Positions 11,851 to 24,250 are shown, numbered from the stretch's first letter. The stretch: DNA of 64,000 nt from Octopus vulgaris (GCA_951406725.2 OX597824.1:40796001-40860000); one strand, 5' to 3'. The notes: generated by a model not told the origin, from the letters alone. A program made the numbers and translations.

Positions 11851-12293
11851 CTTGTTTTATTAGCCGTCCCATTCACTAGGAGACAAATTCCTCAGTAGTA
11901 CTCAAGTTAATATGTTAAAGTTCATTGCTTTTTATTTCTTTGCAATAATTAGTTCTCTCTCTCTCTTCAAGTGATTGTTTTTTTCTTGATTGCTAAAGAT
12001 ATAATAGATATTGTCAATTCTTAGAAATGTGATGGAATTTAAGGGCATTTCCTTTGTTTTCTTACATGCAAGTTAATCTAGAAACATGGTGTTTTGTATG
12101 TGATTCAGTTTGCTATAATGTAAAAAGGAAAAATGAACTGTTTGGTTTCTCAGACTGTTTAATGTTTATCAGTTGTTAAGCTTGTGGTGAAAGAGAGAAA
12201 CTGATTGAATGGATAGGATACTGGACTAGCTCCGGTTTGTGAGTTGAATTTGTTCAACTTCCATGCAGAAATGAATGTGAAAAAATATATTTA

Positions 12294-13248
12294 TGAGGTG
12301 ATATCAAGAAATTTCCAGACTAGTTATGTTACTTAAAAATTACTTATTTACCTAAGTTTTAACATCATCCCCTTCAAAATAGTCACCTTGCACAGCAATA
12401 CACGATTCCCAGTGTTTGTGCCACTTTTGGAATCAGTCCTGGAAGTTGTTTTCCATAAACAAGTGAAGGACCTTCAGCAATTCCTTCTTGATCTCAACAA
12501 TGGTGTTAAAATGGTGACTTTTGAGCTGCATCTTTATCTTGGGGAAGAGATGGAAGTCCACAGGTGCTAAATCTGGTGAATAGGATGGGTGTAGAAGCAA
12601 TACCATGTTGTTTTTGGTGAGAAACTCACGAGTGAGGAGAGCTCAGTGAGAGGGTGCATTGTTGTCATGAAGAATTCAATTCTTTGCATTCCACAGATCT
12701 GGTCGCTTTCATGGAATGTCCTCTCTCAAATGCTTCAAAATGTCGTTAATTGTCCTCTGATGATCCTCATGTACAGGCTGGTGTATTTTATCCACATTTT
12801 CGGGGGTGCTGCTTGTGGCAGGTCTTCCAGATCATTCATTGTCTTTCAAGGACATTCTTCCACTTTTGAAGCACCCATGCCACTTGAAACATTGCTTACA
12901 ATCCATTGCCTTGTTGTTGTAAGCTTGCTGAAGCATGCCAATGTCTCTGTAGCAGACTTCCCAACTTTGATGCAAATTTTTATGTTCCAACTCTTTGTTC
13001 CAACTTCCTGTCCATAACAAAAATTGCAGACTACAACATACGCATGATCACAAAAGCACAACTTATAAAGTAAACACAGCGATGTTACTCGGCACATTGC
13101 CTCGTGAAGGTCACTGCTAGTTCTCACTGCGCATGCAAGCATGTACTGCCGAAGGTCACTGCTAGCTCTCACTGCGCATGCAAGCATGTACTGCCATTTG
13201 TTGGCATGCTCTAGAACTAGTCCGGGAACTTTTTTTTATACCACTTTG
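12294..13248 (-). mobile_element. Internally deleted mariner element
   Basis: TA-flanked imperfect TIRs. Minus-strand remnants IKICIKVGKSATET...WHGCFKSGR and HPSYSPDLAPVDFHLFPKIK...GDYFEGD (YSPDLAP motif). Confidence 0.9.
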
Positions 13249-13318
13249 TATATATTTTTTACTTCTCTTAAATGCTATTACTGATCTCTTCCTCTCCCTC
13301 TCTATTTTTGCTTGCTAG

Positions 13319-13465
13319 GTTTGGGTTCTTCTAAACCAAAGAATTTTAAATGTGAACTATGTTCCAAAGCATACATTGGCCGAGCTGGTCTGGCCAGACA
13401 TTATCGTCTGAACCCATCCCATGGCCAGCTTTCAGCTGAAGATGAACTTGAACTGCGAAACCAAG
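13319..13465 (+). CDS. ZNF839: ZNF839-like protein, internal exon with C2H2-type zinc finger (phase 1-1)
   Basis: Polypyrimidine tract and AG at 13317-13318, donor AAG|GTAAGA. The peptide FKCELCSKAYIGRAGLARHYRLNPSHGQL matches the ZNF839 finger as I recall it ([29 protein letters not shown]). Confidence 0.9.
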
Positions 13466-13599
13466 GTAAGATATTTTCTTTTCTCGAGAGAAATTTATTT
13501 TTTTATTATCAGTGCAGAAGTAACATTTTTGGCTAACACATGACAAAAAGACAGAAAAAAGAACGTGCAAAATTGTCACTGTTTTGTTCTCAACAAATG

Positions 13600-14716
13600 G
13601 TTGGCTCTTTCTAATGGTGGTTTCATTACCATTCATAATGTTTCGTGGTTTACTCCTTCAATTCCGTCATGGCTGTTAGCCATAAATTGATGGATGGTCT
13701 AAGGTTTGTTATGGTATACTCTGTCTTTCAGATATCACCATGAGAAAAAGTCTGAAACCATTAAATCAGGTGAACATGAGAGCCTATTGAATCTTGACTT
13801 TCTCGAAACTATCCTCCTTCCAAAAATTTGCCTTAAGAGCTCCATCATAAGGCAAGCTGTATAGGCACTAGACCCAACTTGTTTTTACCATACCTCTGGT
13901 GTATTTTCAACTGCAGGACACACCAAATGTTCCCGCATCTTCCAATACCTGTTGCCTGTGTCAGTTAGTGTTTTCTGCCTTGTTCTCAAAGGAAGACCAA
14001 GAACTTTTTCCGCAGTTGCCCTGCATTATAGTATTACTTTTCTAGGCTGCAGCTCATGTTGGTGGGCTATTCTTGGGTTTTTTGTCCCCCAAAATTGGAT
14101 ATTATGTTTATTGACAAAGCTGTTTTGATGAAAGTGGGTCTTGTTACTCTTCATGATGTTGAGAATGAAATCACCTTGCCCTGCCAATTCTTGGTTCTGG
14201 GCAGCATACACTGATAACCTGTTGGCTTCAGTTCCTGCACCAGCTGCACTTTATATGAGAATAAATTCAACATCATTTAAACCCTCTGTAGTGAGCTTCA
14301 GGATATACCCAGCTGCTGGGACCACCTTTGGGTTTATGTTAAAGGCTCTTCTTCAATGCACTGCTAAACATACTGAATGTTGTCCTGAGACTTCCTTGAA
14401 CATGACCTTTCCACACATGGTAAACCAGTCACAACCCCATGTTGTTCAAACCACTGGAATAAGTTGAGTATCGCTTGCTTAGATGTTGGCTGTGACTTCA
14501 AAATGATGAATGTAACTTCCTTGGGTTAGCACAATCGATCATTGATTTTCTAGATAAAATTAGACTTATTTTTACTGATTACTTTGTTGTAAATTTCTCC
14601 ATGATTAATTTCCAAGAATTAAATGTCAATCTGAAACAAAAACAAAAAAAATTGGAAACATTAATTGTGAAAAAGCTATATTTTAAAATGGTCTAGTGAT
14701 TTTGGGACACCCTGTA
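13600..14716 (-). mobile_element. Decayed Tc1/mariner-superfamily (ITm) transposon
   Basis: TIR-like end TTTTGGGACACCCTG-TA. Minus-strand remnants THFHQNSFVNKHNIQFWGTKNP (cf. DEAHFHLNGxVNKQN) and SPDLMVSDFFSW*YLKDRVY. Confidence 0.8.
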
Positions 14717-15004
14717 CATGTATTTTACCTTATTGAAGTCTCTATTGATACCTTTTTGCTGCATTCCTAACAAAAAACATCTGTGTTTCTCATAATTGTA
14801 TTTAACTGTTATGGGGGAGAAAACAATCCCTTCTCCTGTATACTAGGATATGAAGGAGTTTGGGCAACAAAGAAATATCACTAGTTTGAACCAACCAAAT
14901 ATTTCATGTTAGCAATATAGAAATGTAATCTGAATGGTTCCTCAATATGTTTCAGTCTTTAAAAAATACAAACAACAAAAACTATTTCTTCTTTCCATTT
15001 CCAG

Positions 15005-15426
15005 TTTTACAACATTCTACTGTAAATGGCATGGGAAACAGCAGTGGAAATCTCTCCGAGGACAGCAATACTCAAGACTCTCTTTTAGGGTTATCATCAG
15101 GTTCGGGAAGGACTTCAGCTTCCACATATACCACCAGCAGTTCTTTGAAGTCACTAGCATCAGCGACGACGACATGCATAGCTGGCACTACCACCACAAC
15201 ACCAACGGTGACGATAACTACTGCTACTACCACAACCACAAGCCTCCCCAGTAGTGAAACAACAACAAGTAACAGCAATGGTGTTAGTGGTGGTACTGCA
15301 CCCACTGTCTTCACCAGTTCAACTCCAACCAGTTATGTATCCAGTCATGTAACACGAGGACCCGGGCGGAGGCTTGGACACCATCTTCATGAAACACCAG
15401 CTAAAAGAAAAGCCAGATTAAAAGAG
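15005..15426 (+). CDS. ZNF839: ZNF839-like protein, Ser/Thr-rich exon (phase 1-0)
   Basis: Acceptor TTTCCAG|, donor GAG|GTGATT. The frame is open and phase-compatible with both neighbours. It ends in RGPGRR...KRKARLKE, leading into the conserved domain. Confidence 0.88.
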
Positions 15427-15489
15427 GTGATTTGCATTACATGTTTATTATGATCTTACGTATAGTAGAGTTTAACGCAATATGTATGT

Positions 15490-16996
15490 GGTTGGTGAAT
15501 AATCTCTTTATCTAAACTATCATGATAATACTTCATTATCACATTCTGAGATCAAATGTGGTCAGCATCAACTATGTCTTTTATCCTTCTAGGATCAATA
15601 AAATATAGTGTCAGTCAAATACTGGCGTCAATTATATCAACTAAACTCATTCCTTAATCTGAGGCCATGTGTCTATTTTAGAAACTGTTGTATATTATTC
15701 TTAAGACAGTGGATTGACAGAATTGTTTGAATGTTGGACAAAATGCTCTGTGGTATTTGTCCCAGCCCTTTACAATCTGAGTTGAAATTCCACCAAGGTT
15801 AACCTTGTCTTTCTTCCCTCTGGGATTGATAAAATAAAGCACCACTCAAATACTGGAATCAATAAAATCAAGTACTGGAGTCGATGTTATTGACCTACTC
15901 CCTTCTCTCAAAATAGCTGGTCTTGTACCTAAATCAGAAACTATTATTGTTATTATTATTATTATGGCAGTGAGCTGGCAGAATTGTTAAGGCACTAATC
16001 AAAATGCTTAACAGCATTTCATCTGTCTTTGTTCTGAGTTCAAATTCTGCCGAAGTCAACTTTGTCTTTCATCCTTTCGGGGTCAGTGAAATAAGCACCA
16101 GTTGAACTCTGGGGGTCAATGTAATCAACTAACACCCTTCTCCAAAATTTCAGTTCCTGTGCGTATAGTAGAAAGCATTATTATCATTATTATTAAGGTA
16201 GCAAGTTGGCATAATTATTAACCTGCAGGACAAAATGCTTAGCGGCATTTCATCCATCTTGTGCCAAAATTTGAAATGAGCTGGCAGAATCATTAGCATG
16301 GTGGGCAAAATGCTTAACGACATTTTGTCTCTCCTTACTTTCTGAACTCAAATTCCACCAAGGATGACTTTACCTTTCATTCTTTTGGGGGTCAATGAAA
16401 TAAGTACCATTTATGTACTGGAGTCAATGTAACCAACTTGCCGCCTGCCCCAAAATTTCAGGCATTGCACCTATGGTAGAAAGGATTATTTTTACTATTA
16501 CTGTTGAGTGAGAAAGCAGTGCATGCCATCAAAGTGATACTGGGGTACAAATATGCGAAGCCCAGTATACCCATCATGACTACCTATGTGAAATGGGTAC
16601 ACTAGGCACATGCATCACAACCATGGTGACCTCATATCAAGATAAACAGCACATGACCTTGCAGGTGGAGCCCAGTTAGAATTTTCTACATGTCAAGTAG
16701 CCCATCCTGCTCAAAAGGCCCCTAAATAAGGGTTGTTTAATGATGATGAATGAAATACTCATGTTTACAGATGGCTATGAAGCTCTCCCACTACTACTGC
16801 TCGTGATCAGAGAGGTACATTTTGTCAGCCACTAAGGGACATGCTCCACTGGTTAAGGTCAAGCAAACCTGCAATGTTGAGCAGAATACTTGCTGTAGCC
16901 AATATTTTACATCAAGGCAAAACATGTACATGTTAACACTTCCAGTCAGTTTAGAACAGAAGCCATGAGAGCCACTGCTTGGTACTGCATCACAAC

Positions 16997-17032
<36 letters not shown>

Positions 17033-17700
17033 GACAGTGAGCTGTCAGAATTGTTGGGATGCTGGACAAAATGCTTAACAACATATCATCTGTCTTTATG
17101 TTCTGTGTTCAAATTCCACTGAGGTTGACTTTGCCTTTCATCTTTTTGGAGTTGATAAAATATGTACCAGTTGAGCACTGGGGTTGATGTAAATGACCTC
17201 CCCCTCCCCCAAAATTGCTGGTCTTGTGCTGAAATTTGAAATCATCATTATTATTATTAGCACTGTTACTTTATTCAAACTGTATCTTTAGACTCCTTTC
17301 TATTGTGTTCTTAGCAAAAATCATCATCTGTTGGTTCTTATAAAGGCCTTGTTTAAATTTAAATGCGCTTCAGCCTTATAGTGTAAAAACCAATTTTCTT
17401 TTTCCATATGCTAAAATATGGAGACCATATGAGTGAAAGTTGTCAGTTGCTTCAATGAAGAAAATACTTCATGTATATTAGATTACATCTAAGGTACTGG
17501 ATTTGCAGAACTGTTAGAACATGCAATTCTTGTTCTGTCTCCATAGATTCTCAGTTCAAATCCTACCGAAGTCAGGTTTGCCTTCATCTTTCTGGGTCAT
17601 TAAAATAACATACCAGACCAGGGCAGTGGATTGGTAAATTTGTTTAGAGTGTCAGGCAAAATAACTTTTAGTATTTGTTCCAGTATTTTATGTCCTTAAT
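15490..17700 (+). repeat. Head-to-tail cluster of family B SINEs separated by (TTA)n
   Basis: Repeated GAGCTGGCAGAAT...CAAAATGCTT...TTTCATCCTT...GTACCAG units at about 15500, 15705, 15966, 16196, 16278, 17032 and 17490. Confidence 0.8.
16500..16995 (-). mobile_element. SINE-like element (a different family) nested in the family B cluster
   Basis: A distinct block of about 490 bp interrupting the array, bounded by (TTA)n tracts. Confidence 0.5.
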
Positions 17701-18746
17701 TTGTCTATAACAACACTGATGCCACTCTGTATTACCACTTTGCATTTCCCTTGGACAAAATGGTGTGAAGAAGGAAGATGTACATGCATGGTCAGCTGTT
17801 GGCCTTTCATGAAACACCTTGCCATACAAAAAGAATGCTAAGAAGAAATATAGTTCTTAGCATTCTTTTTGCATGCATTTGTATACTGGAAATATTTTCT
17901 TAGTTCACTTTGAATTTAAATTTTGGATCACCTTGAAAATATTAACATGTATTTTCAGAAATATTAATTTCAATGATATTTTCTGTATCTAAATATGTTA
18001 ATACAACAGAAACAATAGTCGGCTTTGTAAGGTGAATTCTACAATTAAAGCTGTGACTTTCTCTATACAAATTTTTCTTATATATATAATGGAATGGGTA
18101 AAAAATAAGTAGCGTGCATAGTGTTACATTAAATAATAAATTCCAAAGTTTAAACAGAAGCACAACAAAAACACAAATAGAAAATTCACACACAGGACAG
18201 AGCATTGCTAATTCCTTGTCACTTGTCGTCCAAAAGATTAGATTTCACTATAGAGGAAGAAAAGGCAAAACTTGATTCTAGTAGGGAATAAAATACAGTA
18301 TCAAATTAAATTGATAAAATCATCTGCTTGCTACCAATCTTACAGTTTTTTGGGTTTTTTTTGACTAGTCAAGTAGAAGGGGTATTGTTAATTGAACTGA
18401 CTTTCGCAGTATATTACATCTATTTTATTCATCACTGAACCAGTCAGTGGCAAATTCAGTGCAAGTCAGATGTGTACTCATAAATTTGTTTGTGCCTCCA
18501 ATAATAATAATAATAGGCACAAAGACTAAAATCTAAAGCAGATGAGAAATAGAATTATGTATTTTTCATGCCTTTCTCAATGCTTGAGGGCATTCATGCC
18601 TTTGTCAAAAGGTGAAAGTAAAGTATTTCTAGCATGTCTTTGTCTATGTGTATGTAACCCTGTTTTCATTTAATTAACTGTATGTATGTGTATACACATG
18701 CACACACACACATATATATATATATGGGCTACTTTTGTATTTTCAG

Positions 18747-18995
18747 TTGATTAAACAATGTGAAGATGAAGAACTGATGGAAATTGTGCTTCCTCGCCTG
18801 GCTACTGTGATTACTGTTTGGGAGTTTCTTTTGATGAAGGTAGAAAAGGGACGCCCATCAAAACCTCAGATTCCTGACATCTTCAAAGAGTTTGAAAATT
18901 TACACAAACGTGTTCAAAAAATATGTCAAAAGTATCTTGTTCCTGTCTCCGAGCGAGATGGTCATTTGGAAGGAAGCACTTCAAGTAGACTAAAT
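18747..18995 (+). CDS. ZNF839: ZNF839-like protein, conserved helical-domain exon (phase 0-0)
   Basis: Acceptor TTTTCAG|, donor AAT|GTAAGT. LIKQCEDEELMEIVLPRLATVITVWEFLLMKVEK...IFKEFENLHKRVQKICQKYL matches the ZNF839 conserved block (cf. VYEFLLMKVEK...IYKEFEELHK). Confidence 0.93.
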
Positions 18996-19139
18996 GTAAG
19001 TATATCTATGATATACTTTTCTATTTTACTTTTGTTTGTAATGTGACTCCTGAGAAAGCTGTGTAGCTCTGGTCATCTTAGGCTTCTTGGTTAACATAGT
19101 CATCATTCCTATTTCATGATTAAGTGAATTAATGGTAGA

Positions 19140-19770
19140 AGAACATGGCTTGGCTTGGCTTCATGCTCTTTCTTGATGTGGTTTGGGTCATTCCAGGTTA
19201 GTAGTCCCAGGAGCTTCATCATGCATAGAACTGATCAGGTCCATCAGTGCTCTCCATCACTGGTGGTCTTGTGCCTTTCCCTTTGCATCCTCCAAGGTGA
19301 CATCAATCCTCTGGAGATCTTCCCCAATCACATCTGATGTGGGGTGTACCACAAGGCTTCTTCCAGTCCACAGCTGCTCTGTCAAAGGAGAGTAAAGCCC
19401 TGGTATGATGGCCTAGTAGGAAATGGAGGACATGTCCTTACCAGCACATGCAATGGATAGCTATGAGGTGGGAGGCTGAGGGCTGATGCATTGCATGCTT
19501 GCAATTCTTTGTTGGAAATGTGATGATACCATCTGATGTTCTTGATGGTTCTCAGGGCTCTGCTATTGAAGCTGTTGATCCTCTTTGCTTGTGTCTCAGA
19601 GAGGGGCCATGTTTCTGCACCAAAGAGAAGGGAGAGGACTGATGCATTGTAGATGTGGGGCTTCATCTTCTTAGAAATAGAGCAGTGGCACCTGTGGGGC
19701 TTCCATAGTGAGTACATAACCCCAGTAGCCAAACTACGTCTGTGGTTGATCTCCAACTTGAAACTTTTCA
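19140..19770 (-). mobile_element. RTE-clade LINE 3' fragment
   Basis: IYNASVLSLLFGAETWPLSETQAKRINSFNSRALRTIKNIRWYHHISNKEL is the typical RTE post-RT LLYGxETW region. Confidence 0.85.
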
Positions 19771-20007
19771 CTCTAACACAGTAGTAGAAACTTCAAAATC
19801 AGTAAAAATCTGTTTCAGATAGTAAAAGTAAAAAACAGTTAATATTTTAAAAGTTTCTAAAAGATTAAAAATATTAAAACTAATTTTTTGTATACAAAAA
19901 TAATAGTACAATAAAGTGGGAACTTAAATGCTTACAATGGATGGAGATTGTGAAGTCATTAATAAGCAAAGGTAGTGTGGTGTAATATCTAATATTTTTT
20001 CTTGTTC

Positions 20008-20152
20008 CTGTAACTTAGTGGTTCGGCAAAAGAGACCGATAGAATGAGTACTAGCCTTACAAAGAATAAGTCCTGGGGTCGATTTGCTTGACTAAAGGCA
20101 GTGCTCCAGTATGGCCACAGTCAAATGACTGAAACAAGTAAAAGAGTAAGAG
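20008..20152 (+). mobile_element. SINE family A, 3' half
   Basis: Matches 3570-3715. Confidence 0.8.
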
Positions 20153-21167
20153 TGCAAAAAACTTGGTAATAAAATATTTAAATCAAAAATTGAGAGAAAT
20201 GAAAGTTACTGGTTTTGAATTTTTTCCAAATGTTGACAATTTTATCAAAGTATGGGATTGAAATTTTTTTTTTTTTTTTTTTGCATGTATAGTTTTCTTA
20301 GATGTAAATGGATGAAGGTCATGGCAGTGTGGTTAAGAATTATGTTGTTTTAGTTTCAATCTCACTGTAGGGAACTTTGGGTAATTGTCTCAGATGAACC
20401 ACAACCTTGTGAGTGAAATTATTTTGGTGGAAACTATGTGAATGCCTGTTGGAGGAACTGTTACTGCATCATCACTTGTTCCTTAAGAGTCCTTAATTCA
20501 TTGAAAGTATTTTGCTAGGTCTCTCGTGTGAGGATAAGTTTCTCCCTTCCTCTCACTAAGACATGGCAGGAGGAAGAAAGTGGTGCCATGGTTAATATAG
20601 CTTACCATTAAAATCTGCAGGAGCAATTGCATGATTTACAAGTGTTGTGGGTAACTCTGCCTACAAATTTGTTTTATTTTTGACTCTTGATTTTTCGTCC
20701 TTCTCCTGTGATTCTGCATTGACACTGCAACAACTTTTTTTTAGATATTTTTCTTTTAAATGAATAACAAAGTACAAAATTATATTTTCAGTTGTTTTGT
20801 CACAAAGTAAATTTTGCTTTCTATATATTCCTTTGAATTTGAATGCTAACTAAAGCTAAAATATCTTAAATTATGTCTATTGTTCTTTGAAAAATTTTGT
20901 TTTTGATTTTAGAAAAGAGGGGGTTTGAGAGCTTCTGAAATATTGTAGGTGAAAAGGTAAAGTGTTAGCGTTTTCTTTAATGAGAGACCAATGCAGAAGG
21001 TTGCATGGAATTGATAGTTGATTGTATGAATTAGATTGAGTACATAAGTGTATAGTTTATGATATAATTACATAAAACTAAAAACATTGGGTTATATAAT
21101 TCTTTTCCCATTCATAATTTTAATATTTGTGTAATTTTATTTATGTTATAAAATGTTGCCTTTTCAG

Positions 21168-22733
21168 GTGCAGAATTCTGCTGTTGCAAAATCTCTTGGT
21201 TTGTCTGTTGGGATGTATGATGTAAAAGAAGTTCCAGTTCAAGAAGAAAAAACATTCCAGTACAAGCTGCTGACCACTGATCCTTCCAGTTTAAACATCA
21301 CACCTGGTCAGACCAATAAACGGACAATAGAACTGGTCACTCAAGAGCAACTAGTGAGCCAGACACCCAACAAAAAGATCCGAGTGATCAATTTGAACTC
21401 TGCCGACTTATCTGAATTGTCTCAGTTCTCTCATGGGACCTTACCCAACCCAGCTGAGCGGTATCCAGTTCGGAGGGTAAACAACACAAATAACCTACCC
21501 CAGTTATCTGCCCTGCCCACACCCCTTCCACCTCCATTACCACCTCCTCCCCCTTCCTCTCTTCCACCAGTATCATCTTCATTGACAGATAATACAAACA
21601 ACACACAGCCCTTAGCAGTAGCAACAAATTGTGATAGCATGAATAGTAATGACATTAGCAACAGTAGTGGTGAAGGTAGCAACAGTTGTAAGGTTGCTGT
21701 TAGCAATTGCGAAACAGTTCCTGTCAGAACAGTTGTTTGTGTGAATACCAATTCCAATAATGACTCAGTCGGTCAGTTGGCTCAGGATGGACTAAATAAC
21801 GAACTGAACGTTACTACTAGCTTAGTGAACGGCATCAACAATGCCAACACCACCACGGTCGTGCTCCCTGTTACTGTAATGACTCATCCACCGACTACAG
21901 AAGTGATAGCTGTTTCTTCACCTCTCTCTGTGTCATCAAAAAATGACACGCCTGGAGAAGGTGATAGTACATCAAGGAAAACTATTACAACACCTATGGA
22001 CATTGGAGCTGTTGTCGGTGACATTCAGACTCACTCTCAACAAAACAACAACCTCACTAGTTCTAATCCTGCAATCACTTCTGTTACTGATTCCGTAGAC
22101 ACATCTGAATTGGTCGTCAATAAAGCTAATCCTCTCACTTCAAAGATAACGACAGTTGTTACACAGTCCACTCCACTAACTGAAGTAGTATCATCACCTG
22201 CATCTTGTCCAGTCACCCACTTGTCCCAAATTCCTGACACTGCTGCTCAACAGACTCTGCAAAACCTAACCAGTACAACGACAACGATGGTTGCTGCTCC
22301 TGTGCCATGTGTTGAAGAGCATGTGGTCGAGGTCCCTGTTGCCATGGAGCAAAATATGCCGATCTCTGCTGCTGTTTCCACGGCAAGTGTATTAGGTTTA
22401 GAGCATTTAAATTCTTCTGAGGCTCATACTTTGAAGGCCAGGACGTTTGAATCAATTGAGCAGCAACCAACTGAGCTGGTAAATACAGGGCAGATAATTT
22501 TTGAGGACAGTGTTGTGACATCGGAACAGCTGGTGTCACAGCCAAACATTTTCCAAACTGAGGATGGTATTATAATTATTCAAAAACCAGATGGCACCAC
22601 TATGCAGATTCAGGGGGAGCAGACTATATCACTGGAAACTGTACAGGCTGTCTTTGCTATGGACACTGAAGATCAAATGGAACGACTAGCATCGGTGCAG
22701 CAGCCCACTACAGATCTGGAGGGACAGCAGTAG
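21168..22733 (+). CDS. ZNF839: ZNF839-like protein, large terminal coding exon (521 codons plus stop)
   Basis: Acceptor TTTTCAG| in phase 0, matching the previous donor. A 1.57-kb open frame in AT-rich DNA, with Pro/Ser/Thr/Asn-rich low-complexity sequence, ending in TAG. Confidence 0.9.
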   Translation: MQNSAVAKSLGLSVGMYDVKEVPVQEEKTFQYKLLTTDPSSLNITPGQTNKRTIELVTQEQLVSQTPNKKIRVINLNSADLSELSQFSHGTLPNPAERYPVRRVNNTNNLPQLSALPTPLPPPLPPPPPSSLPPVSSSLTDNTNNTQPLAVATNCDSMNSNDISNSSGEGSNSCKVAVSNCETVPVRTVVCVNTNSNNDSVGQLAQDGLNNELNVTTSLVNGINNANTTTVVLPVTVMTHPPTTEVIAVSSPLSVSSKNDTPGEGDSTSRKTITTPMDIGAVVGDIQTHSQQNNNLTSSNPAITSVTDSVDTSELVVNKANPLTSKITTVVTQSTPLTEVVSSPASCPVTHLSQIPDTAAQQTLQNLTSTTTTMVAAPVPCVEEHVVEVPVAMEQNMPISAAVSTASVLGLEHLNSSEAHTLKARTFESIEQQPTELVNTGQIIFEDSVVTSEQLVSQPNIFQTEDGIIIIQKPDGTTMQIQGEQTISLETVQAVFAMDTEDQMERLASVQQPTTDLEGQQ

Positions 22734-24250
22734 ATTGTTGATATAATTATGTTGTTATTAACATTTCATTTCATCAAAAGCAAAAAAAAAAAAAAAGAAA
22801 ATATGTAAAAGTTTGTTGAAGCTTTCAGTATTTCTCACATTTATCCATCTAACTCTCTCTGTTCAATGCTCTTTCTGTTTGTTGGTTGTACAAGTTACCA
22901 CTCTGTATCTCTTTTTTTCCCCCTCCTCATACACACACATCTTTATTCTTTTGTTTCTCCATCTCAGTGTTGCTCTCACTTCCTTGCTCTTCTACTAGCC
23001 CACCCACTCTCTCTTTCTCACTCTCTCTCTCTGTCTACATATATTTATGTGTATATATATACATATATATATATATATAAGCCTGTCATTTTCTTGGATG
23101 TTCACACATCCCTGTCTACCTCCTTTCTCTTACACAGACTCTTCCTCTTTGTATTATTTGACTGAATGACCGTTGTTTGTATACAAATAAAAGAGATTGC
23201 TATGCAAGTATTGTATAAGAAATATAAAAACCCCATCGACACACACTTAGACTCCTCATGTACATATGTCATACACACATGCACACACACACACACACAC
23301 CATTACATTTCTATATTTTTGAGATGAGTTTGTTTTCTAGGATAATGAAGAATTGATTGGACATGAACTTCCAACTTTCATGTTTAAATTTCTGCTGTAT
23401 TTCAATTGGTATATTTTCTGGTCGTGTCATATTTAAACTTTTATTGTAATTCACAGGTTATGTTGTTTGTAATGTTTCTTAACTATTTTATTAGAAGCAT
23501 TGAGACCTAACAGAATTCACAAGTTCATTTTATAAAGACAAAAAAAAAAAAAGAGAGAGAGAGAGAGTACACCTTTGAAGACACGAAAGATAAGATTAGA
23601 AGAGTTTAATCAGTCTTTATTATCCACACACACTCTCCTGCATGGAATCATACATAAACATGGACACACATACATGCACATATATATGCACATACACATG
23701 TGCATTTGTGCTTGTATGTATCTGATGGTCATGCAAAGAATGAAATCCACCTCAAAAACCCAAAATAAAATAAAAGTAAAACAAAAAGAAAAGACAAACC
23801 TGTTGAATTTTCAACAAATGAAAAGAGAAAAAAAAATCAATCATATTGTATTCTATTTATTTTATTTATTTGTGATTTTTATTTTAATGTGCAGTGATTG
23901 AAATAGATTTCGGAGAACACCACTCTGTTCAAAATAAATCAATAAACAACTGGAAAAGAAAACCAACAAAATAATAACAACAGATGTCTGGGGTGGGAAG
24001 GAGTGAGGAATACCTTTTGGAAAGAAACTATTTTTATAAATTTATAATTTGTTAATAGAAATTTGAGATTGTTTGTGCATTGCAAGTGTAACAAGTACCT
24101 GACACACATGCATCTACCCACCCACCTGCACATGCTCACACAAAGGTAAAGAAGAAAATTTCACAAGAAATATCAGCCAGTTTTATTTATTATTTATATA
24201 ATGGTGAATATTGTGTGTAGTAAAAGAGGTAATATCTTTGCAAACCAAGA
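22734..24250 (+). other. Proximal 3' UTR of the ZNF839-like gene (end uncertain)
   Basis: Follows the stop codon, is AU-rich and TE-poor, and has several AATAAA hexamers (about 23186, 23764, 23933). Confidence 0.5.

Larger units (their letters stand above)
10063..12091 (+). repeat. Dispersed direct duplication (10063-10198 vs 11982-12091)
   Basis: TTTCTTGATTGCTA...AGAAACATGGTG occurs twice about 1.9 kb apart. The second copy has an internal deletion of about 26 nt. Confidence 0.85.

Noticed and set aside
12646-13017. 123-aa + strand ORF
   Set aside because: Antisense frame of the decayed mariner transposase.
21388-22545. Minus-strand ORFs overlapping the large exon (also 15072-15314)
   Set aside because: Antisense shadows of Ser/Thr/Pro-rich coding sequence, with no splice or homology support.
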